Positions 7,604 through 17,688 of a stretch of 64,000 nt of DNA are shown in pieces. The notes beneath the pieces are model-generated. The model was given only the letters and a program-made list of their open reading frames with translations. It had not been told where the DNA came from and searched no databases. The position numbers and the translations under genes were made by a program. Position 1 is the stretch's first letter, and each line of letters opens with the position of its first letter. The stretch lies in contig JAFVAU010000016.1 of NCBI GenBank assembly GCA_017480345.1, positions 20,464-84,463 on the forward strand. Direction: 5' to 3'. The stretch comes from Bacteroidales bacterium (GTDB lineage: Bacteria > Bacteroidota > Bacteroidia > Bacteroidales > UBA932).

Positions 7604-10123
7604 ATGCGAAGATGGGCACTCTTTTTCTTACTGTTTCTGGCAACCGTTACAGCGGCCGCCCAGGGCACTACGCGTGTGAGAGGGCTTGTCACTGACGCAG
7701 ATACGGGTGAGCCCATCCCCTTCGTGAGCGTCTATTTTGACGGCACCACCATCGGCATTTCCACCGACATGGATGGCCGATATTCCCTGGAAACGCGTTC
7801 CCCGGAGGCAAAAGTGCTCACAGCGTCACTCATCGGCTATGAAAGCCTGTCCGTCCCCATCAGCCAGGGGGCCTTCAAGGAAATAAACTTCCGCCTCAGG
7901 CAGGACCCCAAGCAGCTCAACGCCGCTCTGGTGAAGCCGGACAACCGCTACATCAAGAGCATCCTCCGCAAGCTGGACCGCAGCCGGGAAGTGAACGATC
8001 CGGACAACGCCCCGGACTGGAATTCCCGCCTGTATTCCAAGATTGAATTCGACGTCCAAAACCTGGAGGAAATCATGCGCATCCGCTCCTTGGACAAGAG
8101 CATCGGCTTTATCCGCGAATATGCCGACACATCGGCCATTACCGGCCGCTCCTTCATTCCGGCCCTCATTTCGGAGAACCTGACGGACGTATATCACTCC
8201 CAGGACCCTTCCTTCAACCGCGAAGTCATGCGCGCCAGCCGCATCTCCGGCCTGGAAGACAACAACGCCCTGCGCCAGTTCACGGGCTCCTACCTCCTGA
8301 AGACCAATTTCTACAAGGACAACATCGGCGTTTTCAACCTGGTCATTCCCAATCCGGCGGCGGAAAGTTCCCACATCTATTACAATTACTTCCTGGTGGA
8401 CAGCCTGCAGGTAGAAGGACGCAAGACCTACGTCCTTCGCTTCCATCCCAAGAAACTGGTCACCTCCCCCACCTTGGACGGTGAAATGCAGATTGATGCG
8501 GAAGACTTCGGCATCCGCAGCGTGCACGCCAACCTGTCCGGAGAATCCAACGTGAACTGGATCCGGCACATTAACGTGGATCTGCAGAACCGCCGCCTGC
8601 CGGACGGACGCTGGTTCTATGGAGAGGAGCATCTGTTCATTGACTTTTCCATCACCGTCAGCGACGAGTCCCGGATTATCGCCTTCCTGGGAAACCGCCA
8701 CCTGGTATATGAGGAGCCCGTTTTCGAGCCTGTATTAGACAAAGACGCCCTCACCTCCTCCGAGGCCGTGGTCATGCGGGATGTCAAGGTGGGAGACGAC
8801 GCCTTCTGGGAATCGGCCCGCCCCTACGAACTCTCCGAGCGGGAAAAAGGCATCTACCAGATGGTGGACGACATCCAGCATACCCCCGTCTACAAATGGA
8901 CTTACGCCATCTCCCGCACCCTCGTGAGCAACTACTACGAGGTCAAACCCTGGGGCTTTGAATTTGGCCGATGGGCGCAGACCTTCGCCTACAACGACAT
9001 GGAGGGCTTCCGCATGCAGGTGGGCGGCCGCACCTTGAAGGAATTCTCCACCAAGGTGCGTTTGGGCGGCTATGTGGCCTTTGGCTTCAAGGACCTCCGG
9101 CCCAAAGGGCAGGCCACGGTAGAATGGATGCTGGGGCGCGAGAAAACTCGGAAACTTACCTTTGACGCCAAATACGACTACGTACAATTTGGCGGCGGAT
9201 ATGTTTTTACCGTTCAGAACATCTTCTCCTCCTTTCTGGCTCGTTCCCAGAGCAAGAAACTGAGCTTGGTCCGCTATGTGGACGTCAATTACGACCACGA
9301 GTTTGCAGGTTGGCTCAATGCTTCGGTGCAATGGCGCACCCAGCGCGTCTGGAGTTACAACGGGCCGGACATGGGTCCGGACCGCGTACGTTTTGTCCCC
9401 ACTTCCCTGGAAAACAAACCGGAGAACGCCCAGGAGAGCTTCTCCATGAACTCGCTCCGGGTGGGGCTCCGCTTCTCCTTTGACGAGCGTGTTAACCGCA
9501 ATTTCTTTGTCAAGAGCTACCTGTTCACCAAATATCCGGTCATTGACCTCAACCTCACCTCCGGTTTCAAGGGAATCACCCGGGACGACTTCAGTTTCCT
9601 CAAGGCCACCGCCAACCTGAGCTGGAAAATTCCGTCCACCGCCGTGGGCTTCGGCCGGCTGAATATAGAAGGGGGAGCCATCTGGGGCAGTGTCCCCTAT
9701 CCCATGCTCAAATTGCACGACGGCAACCAGACCTTCTTCCTGGACCGCGGAGCCTACTCCTGCATGGACTACTATGAGTTTTTGTCGGACCGCTGGCTCA
9801 CCGCCTCCTACGAACACAACTTCAACGGCTTTTTCCTGGGCAAGATTCCATTTATCAAGAAACTGGACCTGAGGGAAGTGGCCACGGTGAAAATGGCCTG
9901 GGGCACCTTGAGCAGCGCCAACAGCGACGGACCGGAGGGAAAGGCCCCGTTCTATCTGCCGGCTCAGAGCAAGACTTTGGAAAAACCCTATGTAGAAGTG
10001 GGCGTGGGCATTGCCAACATTTTCCGGATCCTGAGGATTGATGCCTTCTGGAGAGTGACACACCGCCGTCCGGAAGCCCGGAAAAACTTTGCCATCAACA
10101 TTGGACTTGATTTAGAATTCTAA
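7604..10123 (+). CDS. CarboxypepD_reg-like domain + DUF5686-type outer-membrane protein
   Basis: 839 aa with a signal peptide. The N-terminus TRVRGLVTDADTGEPIPFVSVYFDGTTIGISTDMDGRYSLE is the carboxypeptidase-regulatory-like fold. The long C-terminal region is beta-rich and ends in F. Confidence 0.7.
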   Translation: MRRWALFFLLFLATVTAAAQGTTRVRGLVTDADTGEPIPFVSVYFDGTTIGISTDMDGRYSLETRSPEAKVLTASLIGYESLSVPISQGAFKEINFRLRQDPKQLNAALVKPDNRYIKSILRKLDRSREVNDPDNAPDWNSRLYSKIEFDVQNLEEIMRIRSLDKSIGFIREYADTSAITGRSFIPALISENLTDVYHSQDPSFNREVMRASRISGLEDNNALRQFTGSYLLKTNFYKDNIGVFNLVIPNPAAESSHIYYNYFLVDSLQVEGRKTYVLRFHPKKLVTSPTLDGEMQIDAEDFGIRSVHANLSGESNVNWIRHINVDLQNRRLPDGRWFYGEEHLFIDFSITVSDESRIIAFLGNRHLVYEEPVFEPVLDKDALTSSEAVVMRDVKVGDDAFWESARPYELSEREKGIYQMVDDIQHTPVYKWTYAISRTLVSNYYEVKPWGFEFGRWAQTFAYNDMEGFRMQVGGRTLKEFSTKVRLGGYVAFGFKDLRPKGQATVEWMLGREKTRKLTFDAKYDYVQFGGGYVFTVQNIFSSFLARSQSKKLSLVRYVDVNYDHEFAGWLNASVQWRTQRVWSYNGPDMGPDRVRFVPTSLENKPENAQESFSMNSLRVGLRFSFDERVNRNFFVKSYLFTKYPVIDLNLTSGFKGITRDDFSFLKATANLSWKIPSTAVGFGRLNIEGGAIWGSVPYPMLKLHDGNQTFFLDRGAYSCMDYYEFLSDRWLTASYEHNFNGFFLGKIPFIKKLDLREVATVKMAWGTLSSANSDGPEGKAPFYLPAQSKTLEKPYVEVGVGIANIFRILRIDAFWRVTHRRPEARKNFAINIGLDLEF

Positions 10124-10139
10124 TAACCACAACCTAAAC

Positions 10140-10886
10140 ATGAAACCACATTTCAGCCTGAACATCATAAAAGAAAAGGGGATTACCACCTATAACCAGA
10201 AGTCGCAGAGGTTTCCCCTCTATGCGTACTGTTTCTTACTGGAAGGAGAAGTCCTGGTAGAGGTGGAAGGGCAGAATCTGCTCATCAGCCCGGGACAGTT
10301 CGTCCTCATTCCGCCTCAGCAGGCCATCGAAGTCAAGTATTTCGACAACTGCCAGGGATATGACGGAAGTTTCGCCCTGGAATTCCTGAAAGACGCGTCG
10401 TACCCGGTACTGCGCTCCAGCATCCTCATTCAGCAGAGCTTCTGGTTCGAGGACGCCGTATTCATGGGTTCCCTCCTCCAAAGGATGAAAACCGTCTATG
10501 AGGACAAAGACCGCACCTTCCTCCAAAGTGCCCTGGACCTTATTCTGGGTCAGCTTCGGCCCGGCGGGAAGGTGGCTGTGGTTTCCGAGCGCTTCCTGCA
10601 ACTGGTTTTTGAAAAAGACGCCATTCCCCTCTCCGTGGCCGAATACGCCTCCCAGCTTGGCGTAACGCCCAATTATCTTAACAAAACGGTGAAAAACCGC
10701 ACCCGCCGTACGGCCATAGACTGGATAGAGATTGCGCGCCTGAACATTGCCAAGAGCCTGCTCAAAGACCCGTCCATCTCCATTGCGGACATATCGGCCC
10801 GGGTGGGACTTCCGGACCAGTCCTACTTCTCCCGCTTTTTCAAGAAAAAAACAGGGTTAACCCCTTCTGAATTCCGTAACGCTTAG
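10140..10886 (+). CDS. AraC family transcriptional regulator
   Basis: The C-terminus has a double HTH: AEYASQLGVTPNYLNKTVK...IADISARVGLPDQSYFSRFFKKKTGLTPSEFR. Confidence 0.85.
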   Translation: MKPHFSLNIIKEKGITTYNQKSQRFPLYAYCFLLEGEVLVEVEGQNLLISPGQFVLIPPQQAIEVKYFDNCQGYDGSFALEFLKDASYPVLRSSILIQQSFWFEDAVFMGSLLQRMKTVYEDKDRTFLQSALDLILGQLRPGGKVAVVSERFLQLVFEKDAIPLSVAEYASQLGVTPNYLNKTVKNRTRRTAIDWIEIARLNIAKSLLKDPSISIADISARVGLPDQSYFSRFFKKKTGLTPSEFRNA

Positions 10887-11519
10887 CTGGTCGCCCGTCA
10901 CCCGGAACACCACTTCCCCTCCTTCGAAGGGCATTACGTACTCCCTTTCGGGGTTCTCCTGGTAGGCCGGACGCGGATCCAGAGCCAGCACCTGAACCAA
11001 AACCTTCTTCTGGGACTCGCTCAGGGGAAGGTTTTGGGGAAGAAAGACTTCCAATTTTTTCCGGGGAGCCTGGGCCGCAAAGCCGCTCACCGCATCCGGG
11101 ATGCAGTCGGCATAGGCCACATAGGGCTTGATATCATAGATGGGGGTTCCGTCCATCAAATCCGCTCCTCCCACCACCAGTTCCATATTCTCCACCCGGA
11201 GCAGTTTAACGCAGGACAGGCCGATGGGATTGGGCCTGTAGGGAGAACGTGTGGCCCATACGCCCATGGCGGTGTTTCCGCCCAGCCGGGGCGGCCTCAC
11301 CGTGGGCTGCCATTCTCCCCGGGCCTCCTTGTTGGCGCTGAAGCCCCAGAGCAGCCACAGATGGCTGAAGCCCTCTATCCCCCGCAAGGCTTCCCGCACC
11401 CGGTATTCCGGGGTAAAGACAATGCGCCCTTCCACTCCCTCCGCCAGGGCACTCTGGCGGGGGATGCCGAACTTGGAGCCAAAGGGGCCCTTATAGATGG
11501 CGACAGGTTTCAGTTCCAT
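10857..11519 (-). CDS. trmO: tRNA (t6A37) methyltransferase TrmO/TsaA (YaeB family)
   Basis: GSKFGIPRQS...GFSHLWLLWGFS...RSPYRPNPIGLS are family motifs. I moved the start to ATG 11519 (MELKPVAIY), which overlaps the upstream stop as TAATG. Confidence 0.8.
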   Translation of the reverse strand: MELKPVAIYKGPFGSKFGIPRQSALAEGVEGRIVFTPEYRVREALRGIEGFSHLWLLWGFSANKEARGEWQPTVRPPRLGGNTAMGVWATRSPYRPNPIGLSCVKLLRVENMELVVGGADLMDGTPIYDIKPYVAYADCIPDAVSGFAAQAPRKKLEVFLPQNLPLSESQKKVLVQVLALDPRPAYQENPEREYVMPFEGGEVVFRVTGDQLSVTEFRRG

Positions 11520-12745
11520 TACGTCAGGAATTTGCCGTGGCAACGGCAGTATCGGAGCCCGCTTCCGCAGGGGCAAGGGTCATCCGGGGCCACATGCGGA
11601 ATGGCAAAGCCAAGGGGAATTCCGGGCGCACCCAGATCGGAGGCAAAACCCTCCGAGATGGTGGGCTCCGGCATGGTCCAGCGGGGATACTCCTCCCCTT
11701 CCGGCAGCGCTTCCGTCCGGGGCTCCTGCCAGGCGGGCCAATCGGCCTTGGCAATTCCCGTTTCCTCTGCACTGAACCCGCAAAGGAACCACTTGGGGAT
11801 GCTGTTGGCATATTCGCTCACGATCTTGCAGCAGGAAAGCCAGCTCTCCTGGTCCAATTCCGGGCTCATGGGACTGTCCCTGAGGGGCTGGAAAAGGGCG
11901 TCATTCTGTTCCAGGGTATACTGGGCCTCCATCCAGGTGTCGTGCTGGGCCTTCACCAGGTCGTAGCCCTCATAGCCCAGCCGGCGGTACATCTGCTCCA
12001 GGCGCATGCCCTCCGGGGTTTTGAAGCCGATGGTAAAATAAGGCGCCCCGGCTCCGGCCTCGCGGGCCTCCAAGGCGGAGAAAGCCTTGAAACGCTTCTG
12101 ATGCAAGGCTTTGCGCTGGGTAAAGACCTCCTCCACATTCTCCACGCAAGGAGAGCATACATAGTCTCCCCACTGGTCCGTGTAGCGGTACATCTTCACC
12201 AGCGGGCTCTGATGCAGCATCCGGGAAAGTTCCTGGAGATTCCCGCCATGGGAAGCCTCATACCAGTCCATCAGAAGGTCTATGAAACGTTCCGTGGGAA
12301 GGATACCGTACAGGTTCAGATAGCCCAGCCCCACTCTTTCCACCTCAAACTGGCCACTCTTCTCGCAGGAGCGCAGCACCTTGTCCACATTCGGGGCCAC
12401 GATATCATACATCTCCCGGCTTATCCACACCTTGTGGAAGTTCTCGTCGGAGTCGTCGTATTGGACCAGTCCGGTCACTTCCAGCAGGGACGGATAGTCT
12501 GCAAAATCCTGATACTGAACTTTTTCCGGGCCGGCATGCACCAATTCCCGCAGAAGTCTCACATCCCTTTCCATCAGATGCGACATCCACCTGCGCGGCT
12601 GCCCGCGCAGGTAGCTGTGCAACTGTTCCACCAACTGGGACTTTCTCAGACGGGGACTGAGTTCATTCCCCAGGATGTTCCCGAGGTCTTCCAGTTCCAT
12701 CTTCTGAAAGCCGTCCAAAATGGTATGAAGGGATCTTTCTTCCAT
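11519..12745 (-). CDS. SEC-C metal-binding motif protein of unknown function
   Basis: 408 aa. The C-terminus CPCGSGLRYCRCHG is a SEC-C motif. The start overlaps the gcvPB stop as TAATG. Confidence 0.65.
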   Translation of the reverse strand: MEERSLHTILDGFQKMELEDLGNILGNELSPRLRKSQLVEQLHSYLRGQPRRWMSHLMERDVRLLRELVHAGPEKVQYQDFADYPSLLEVTGLVQYDDSDENFHKVWISREMYDIVAPNVDKVLRSCEKSGQFEVERVGLGYLNLYGILPTERFIDLLMDWYEASHGGNLQELSRMLHQSPLVKMYRYTDQWGDYVCSPCVENVEEVFTQRKALHQKRFKAFSALEAREAGAGAPYFTIGFKTPEGMRLEQMYRRLGYEGYDLVKAQHDTWMEAQYTLEQNDALFQPLRDSPMSPELDQESWLSCCKIVSEYANSIPKWFLCGFSAEETGIAKADWPAWQEPRTEALPEGEEYPRWTMPEPTISEGFASDLGAPGIPLGFAIPHVAPDDPCPCGSGLRYCRCHGKFLT

Positions 12746-14151
12746 TAAAGCGTATCCTGATATTTCAGAATGGGATTACGGGCCGCAGCCGTTTCGTCCG
12801 GACGGGAGATGGGCGTATTGTGCGGTGCGCCGTGGAGGATGTTCGGGTCCTCGGCGGCCTCGGCCGCAATCTTCCGCATCACTTCAATGAAGGCATCCAG
12901 CGTCTCCTTACTCTCGGTTTCCGTGGGCTCTATCATGAGGGCCTGATGGAATAGGAGCGGGAAATAGATGGTGGGAGCGTGGAAGCCGTAATCCAGCAGG
13001 CGCTTGGCCACATCCAGGGTGGTGGCGCCGGGAACGCCCTCACGGGCGCCGTCATTGATGAGTCCGTCAAAGACGAATTCGTGCTTGCACACACCCTCGA
13101 TGGGGAGTTTGTACACATCCTTGAGGCACTCTTTGATGTAGTTGGCCCCCAGGACGGAATACTGGCCCACCTTCTTGAGATGGTCCTTACCCAGGGAAAG
13201 GATGTAGGCATAGGCCTTCAGGATAACGCCGAAGTTTCCATGGAAACCGCTCACCCTGAGTTCCTTCAGGCAGCCTTCCAGATGGGCGGCCACCCCTACG
13301 GGCCCGCTGCCGGGACCGCCGCCGCCATGCGGCGTGGAGAAGGTCTTGTGCAGGTTCAGGTGCATGATGTCAAAGCCCATGTCCCCGGGACGGACCACGC
13401 CCATGAGCGGGTTCATGTTGGCCCCGTCGTAGTACAGCAGGCCGCCCACCCCGTGCACCAGGGAGGCAATCTCCTTAATCTGGGTCTCGAAGAGGCCCAG
13501 GGTGTTGGGATTGGTCATCATGATACCGGCCACCGTATTGTCCAGAAGCGGTTTCAAGGCCTCTACGTCAATGCGGCCATTCTCCAGGGACTTCACCTGG
13601 ACCACCTGAAGGCCGCAAACCGCGGCCGAAGCCGGATTGGTACCATGGGCGCTGTCCGGGACAATCACCTTGGTGCGCGCAAAGTCTCCGCGGCTCATGT
13701 GGTACTGACGCATAATCATGAGGCCGGTAAGTTCACCATGGGCGCCGGCGCAAGGGGCGAAGGTGAAGGCATGCATGCCCGTGATGACCCGCAGGGCCTC
13801 GTTCATCTTCTCATACACCTTGCGTACTCCGGGCACCAGGGTGTCTTCCTCCAGCGGATGCTGGGACGCAAAGCCGGGCAGCGAGGAAATCTCCTCGTTG
13901 ATCTTGGGATTGTACTTCATGGTGCAGGAGCCCAGCGGATAGAAGCCGGTATCCACACCGAAGTTCATCTGGGACAGGTTGGTGTAATGACGCACCACGT
14001 CCGGCTCGGACACCTCCGGCAAGTTCAGGGCCGATGAACGTTTCACCGCCGCCGGAAGCTCCGGAGCCGCCGGATAGCGGTTCTGCGGCAGGGAAAAGCC
14101 GCATCGGCCTTCCCGGGAGAGTTCGAAAATCAGTTTGTCGTAGTATTTCAT
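12745..14151 (-). CDS. gcvPB: Glycine dehydrogenase (aminomethyl-transferring) subunit 2
   Basis: 468 aa, with a PLP-region NLHKTFSTPHGGGGPG and the typical GcvPB N-terminus MKYYDKLIFELS. Confidence 0.9.
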   Translation of the reverse strand: MKYYDKLIFELSREGRCGFSLPQNRYPAAPELPAAVKRSSALNLPEVSEPDVVRHYTNLSQMNFGVDTGFYPLGSCTMKYNPKINEEISSLPGFASQHPLEEDTLVPGVRKVYEKMNEALRVITGMHAFTFAPCAGAHGELTGLMIMRQYHMSRGDFARTKVIVPDSAHGTNPASAAVCGLQVVQVKSLENGRIDVEALKPLLDNTVAGIMMTNPNTLGLFETQIKEIASLVHGVGGLLYYDGANMNPLMGVVRPGDMGFDIMHLNLHKTFSTPHGGGGPGSGPVGVAAHLEGCLKELRVSGFHGNFGVILKAYAYILSLGKDHLKKVGQYSVLGANYIKECLKDVYKLPIEGVCKHEFVFDGLINDGAREGVPGATTLDVAKRLLDYGFHAPTIYFPLLFHQALMIEPTETESKETLDAFIEVMRKIAAEAAEDPNILHGAPHNTPISRPDETAAARNPILKYQDTL

Positions 14152-14154
14152 AGC

Positions 14155-15486
14155 CTAACCCTCCTTGATGGCGCAGACCAGTGCATCGGTCTCCTCTTTG
14201 GTTCTCTTTTCGGTAACGCAGAAGCTCACCAGCCCCTCTTCCAGGGGCCAGGCGGCAAAGAAGCCGGCCTTTTCCAGGCGCCCGTGAAGCGCGGCGGCGC
14301 TTTCCGTCTTGGGCCTGAGGACAAACTCCTTCAGGAAAGGCTTGCCGGGATACACGTCCTCGAACTTGCCGGTCTTAAGCAGCTCCGCTTTCAGGTAATG
14401 GGCGCCGTCCGAGCTCATCTTGTTCACCTCCCGGAGGCCTTCCGGACCCATCAGGGAGAGGTAAATGGTAACCCAGAGGGCCATCAGGCTCTCGTTGGAG
14501 CAGATATTGGACGTGGCCTTCTCCCGCTTGATGTGCTGCTCGCGTGCCTGCAGGGTGAGTACGAAGGACCTTCTTCCTTCGCCGTCCACCGTCTGGCCCA
14601 CGATGCGGCCGGGCATCTTTCTCATGTGCTCTTTCTTCACCGTCATGAAACCCACATAGGGACCGCCGTAGCTCAGCGGCAGGCCCAGGGACTGGCCTTC
14701 ACCCACGGCAACGTCGGCATCCCATTCTCCGGGCGTCTTCACCACGGCAAGGGCCGACGGGTCGCAGTATTCCAACAGGAGACCTTTCTGGGCATGGATG
14801 GCTTCGGCAAAGCCGCTGTGGTCTTCCACGATGCCGTAACGGTTCACGGAGGGAACCAGCACACCGGCCACATCATCCTTTGCCAGCTCTTCCTGAAGGG
14901 CCTTCAGGGACGTCTGGCCGTTATCGGCCTTCAGGACGCCCAACTCCACGCCATGGAACTTGGCATAGGTTTTCACCACTTCCAGCACCTGGGGGAGCAG
15001 GGTGGCGCTCACCAGCACCCTCGTTTTCTTGCGGGTGCCGGCCATGGCCATCATCATGGCTTCCGCGGCGGCGGTGGGGCCGTCGTACATGGAGGCGTTG
15101 CACACATCCAGGCCCGTGAGTTCGCACAGGAGGCTCTGATACTCGAAGATGTAGCGGAGCGTACCCTGCGAAATCTCACACTGGTAGGGCGTATAGGCGG
15201 TAAGGAACTCCGAACGGGAACACAGGTAAGGAATCACGGACGGAGTGTGATGGTCGTAGGCGCCCTGCCCCACGAACACCTTCAGGGAGGCGTTCATGGC
15301 AGCGAGGGCGGCAAAGCAATCCCGGATTTCCTGCTCGGACAGGGCGTCCGGAAGGGCATAGGCCCCCTTGTGCAGGAATTCGGCCGGGACGTCGCTGTAG
15401 AGGTCTTCCAGGCTCTTTACGCCGATGCGCCGGAGCATGGCCTCCACATCGGCCTTGGTCTGGGGCAGATAAGGAAGCTGGGCCAT
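14155..15486 (-). CDS. gcvPA: Glycine dehydrogenase subunit 1
   Basis: Reads as GcvPA throughout (YTPYQCEISQGTL..., ATSNICSNESL). I moved the start to the internal ATG 15486 (MAQLPYLPQTKADV), which lies 1 nt after the gcvH stop. Confidence 0.9.
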   Translation of the reverse strand: MAQLPYLPQTKADVEAMLRRIGVKSLEDLYSDVPAEFLHKGAYALPDALSEQEIRDCFAALAAMNASLKVFVGQGAYDHHTPSVIPYLCSRSEFLTAYTPYQCEISQGTLRYIFEYQSLLCELTGLDVCNASMYDGPTAAAEAMMMAMAGTRKKTRVLVSATLLPQVLEVVKTYAKFHGVELGVLKADNGQTSLKALQEELAKDDVAGVLVPSVNRYGIVEDHSGFAEAIHAQKGLLLEYCDPSALAVVKTPGEWDADVAVGEGQSLGLPLSYGGPYVGFMTVKKEHMRKMPGRIVGQTVDGEGRRSFVLTLQAREQHIKREKATSNICSNESLMALWVTIYLSLMGPEGLREVNKMSSDGAHYLKAELLKTGKFEDVYPGKPFLKEFVLRPKTESAAALHGRLEKAGFFAAWPLEEGLVSFCVTEKRTKEETDALVCAIKEG

Positions 15487-15487
15487 C

Positions 15488-15868
15488 TTACTCTCCAATC
15501 TGGGCCTTGTAGCCGGCGGCGTCCAGCAGGGCGTCCAGCTCGGAAGCATCCGACATCTCCACCTTGATGATCCAGGCGGCGTAGGCGTCCTCGTTAACCT
15601 TCTCAGGGGCGTCTTCCAGCTCCCCGTTCACTTCCACCACCTTGCCGGAAACCGGGCTGATGAGCTCGGAGGAGGCTTTCACGCTCTCCAGGGCACCGAA
15701 TTCTTCTCCGGCGCTAACCTCATCGTCCACCTCGGGCATATCCACATAGGTGATGTCTCCCATTTCCTTCTGGGCGAAATCGGACACGCCGACGACGGCC
15801 ACATTACCTTCCACTTTAACCCACTCGTGAGACTCGGAATACTTGAGTCCTTCCAAAATCTTAGACAT
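15488..15868 (-). CDS. gcvH: Glycine cleavage system H protein
   Basis: 126 aa with the lipoyl-lysine context [10 protein letters not shown]. Confidence 0.9.
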   Translation of the reverse strand: MSKILEGLKYSESHEWVKVEGNVAVVGVSDFAQKEMGDITYVDMPEVDDEVSAGEEFGALESVKASSELISPVSGKVVEVNGELEDAPEKVNEDAYAAWIIKVEMSDASELDALLDAAGYKAQIGE

Positions 15869-15875
15869 AGCTGTG

Positions 15876-16994
15876 TTATTTTTTATAATTGGTTTGATAA
15901 AATCTCTTTTTCACCACCTTGCCGGGGAATACTTTCTTGCGGATGCGGATGCAAAGGAGCGTATCCAGGGCCGCATAGTCCTTGTCCACCAGGGCGAAGC
16001 AGATGCTCTTGTCCAGGGAGATGGAGTGATACCCGGTGGTTACCACGCCCACTTCCTTCCCGTCGGCCGTTTCCACGGGATAACCGGCACGGGGAATGGC
16101 CTTGTCTGCTATCTCTATTCCCACCAGCTTGCGCTTGAGGTTTCCGGCCTTCTGGTCCAGGAGGGCCTCCTTGCCCACAAAGTCCTTCTCATACTTGCAG
16201 AACATGCCCAGACCGGCCATCACAGGGCTTATCTCCGGGCTCAGTTCGTCTCCGTACAGGGGCAGGCCGGCCTCGAAGCGGAGGGTGTCCCGGCAGCCCA
16301 GGCCGCAGGGAGCCACGCCCGCCTTCACGAAGAGGTTCCAGATTTCCACGATGTTTTCCGGGGTGGTATAAATCTCGAATCCGTCTTCTCCGGTATAGCC
16401 GGTACGGCTCAGGATGAGACGTTTTCCCTTATACTCCACGTCGCAGAATTCGTAGAAGCCCAGGGCCGACGCCTCCTTGTAGCCCAGCACGGCGATGAGG
16501 CATTTTTCGGCCTCGGGGCCCTGCAGGGCAATCTGGCCCCAATGGGCCGATTCATTGCGAACCTCACAGTTGAAGCCTTTCACCTGCTCCTGGATCCAGG
16601 CGAAGTCCTTGGCGATGTTGGCGGCATTCACCACCAGGAGGAAATGGTGGGCCTGGAATTCCTTGTATACCAAGAGGTCGTCCACGGTGCCGCCGTCAGG
16701 GTAGCACATCATGCCGTAGAGGACCTTCCCGGGGGCCATTCCCCTTACCTCGTTGGTAAAAATATGGTTTACGAAGGCCTCTGCGTCGGGGCCTTCCACG
16801 AAGATTTCTCCCATGTGGGACACGTCGAACATGCCCACCTTCCGCCTTACGGCATTGTGTTCCGCCACGATGCCTTCGTACTGGATGGGCATCATGAATC
16901 CGGCGAAGGGGCTCATCTTGGCTCCCAGGGCCACGTGGGCATCGTACAGGCAGGTGCGCTGCAGATTCTCAATGGGAATTTCAATCTCTGACAT
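15876..16994 (-). CDS. gcvT: Glycine cleavage aminomethyltransferase (T protein)
   Basis: 372 aa. The segments [26 protein letters not shown] and [13 protein letters not shown] are typical of GcvT. Confidence 0.9.
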   Translation of the reverse strand: MSEIEIPIENLQRTCLYDAHVALGAKMSPFAGFMMPIQYEGIVAEHNAVRRKVGMFDVSHMGEIFVEGPDAEAFVNHIFTNEVRGMAPGKVLYGMMCYPDGGTVDDLLVYKEFQAHHFLLVVNAANIAKDFAWIQEQVKGFNCEVRNESAHWGQIALQGPEAEKCLIAVLGYKEASALGFYEFCDVEYKGKRLILSRTGYTGEDGFEIYTTPENIVEIWNLFVKAGVAPCGLGCRDTLRFEAGLPLYGDELSPEISPVMAGLGMFCKYEKDFVGKEALLDQKAGNLKRKLVGIEIADKAIPRAGYPVETADGKEVGVVTTGYHSISLDKSICFALVDKDYAALDTLLCIRIRKKVFPGKVVKKRFYQTNYKK

Positions 16995-16997
16995 ACT

Positions 16998-17684
16998 CTA
17001 AAAGTGGTTAGTGATAAAATTGTACAATTCTTTGTTCGTTTCCATGTTTATCCGGAGGTCTTCTCCCGTGGCCCCTTTGGAGGGGGCCATTTCCCCGCAT
17101 ACATCCACCGCCACCACCTCCATGTTTTCCATCAAAAGGGCCAGCATCCGCTTCACCTCCTCAAGCCCGTACTCCCCCTGTGACCAGTCTGTCCTGGCAT
17201 ACTCCCGGCGCATGATGTCCTTGTCCAGAGACACATACACCTTCTCTCCCCTTCTGGCCTCCACCCACCGGGCCGATACCGTCTTTTCACATCCTTCAGG
17301 CCCCACCGTGAGGATATCCCGCAGGTTTTCCAGCCTATCGCGGGCCTCCTTCACCCAGCCGCCGCAGGAGAGCACCCCTCCGAAGGCCGGCTCCTGGTTG
17401 TCCGGATGGTTGTCCAGCAGAACCAGGTGGAAGGGGTCTTTCTGCCTTTTCGCCAGCAGGTAACTCAGGTAGTGGTAGTCTCCACTGTCCAGCCACCGCA
17501 GCCGGGGCAAAGGGCCTTCCAAAGCCTTTTCAATAGCCTCACGCGCACTTTCATCGCAGTAACAGCAGCAGCCCTCCAGGGCCCTGAAGTCCAGATAACG
17601 GACAGCATCGGCCTCTTTTTGCAGCCACTGCAGAAAGCCTTCTTTCCCATAGGCTTCGCTGAATGAAAACACCAGGCTATTCAT
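16998..17684 (-). CDS. Short arginase/ureohydrolase-fold-like protein with a Cys cluster (function unknown); first gene of the gcv operon
   Basis: 228 aa. It has arginase-like metal-site remnants: SGDYH, LLDNHPD (DxHxD) and VSLDKD (SxDxD). It also has an unusual EGCCCYCDES cluster. The gene ends 3 nt before gcvT. Confidence 0.45.
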   Translation of the reverse strand: MNSLVFSFSEAYGKEGFLQWLQKEADAVRYLDFRALEGCCCYCDESAREAIEKALEGPLPRLRWLDSGDYHYLSYLLAKRQKDPFHLVLLDNHPDNQEPAFGGVLSCGGWVKEARDRLENLRDILTVGPEGCEKTVSARWVEARRGEKVYVSLDKDIMRREYARTDWSQGEYGLEEVKRMLALLMENMEVVAVDVCGEMAPSKGATGEDLRINMETNKELYNFITNHF

Positions 17685-17688
17685 CTTT

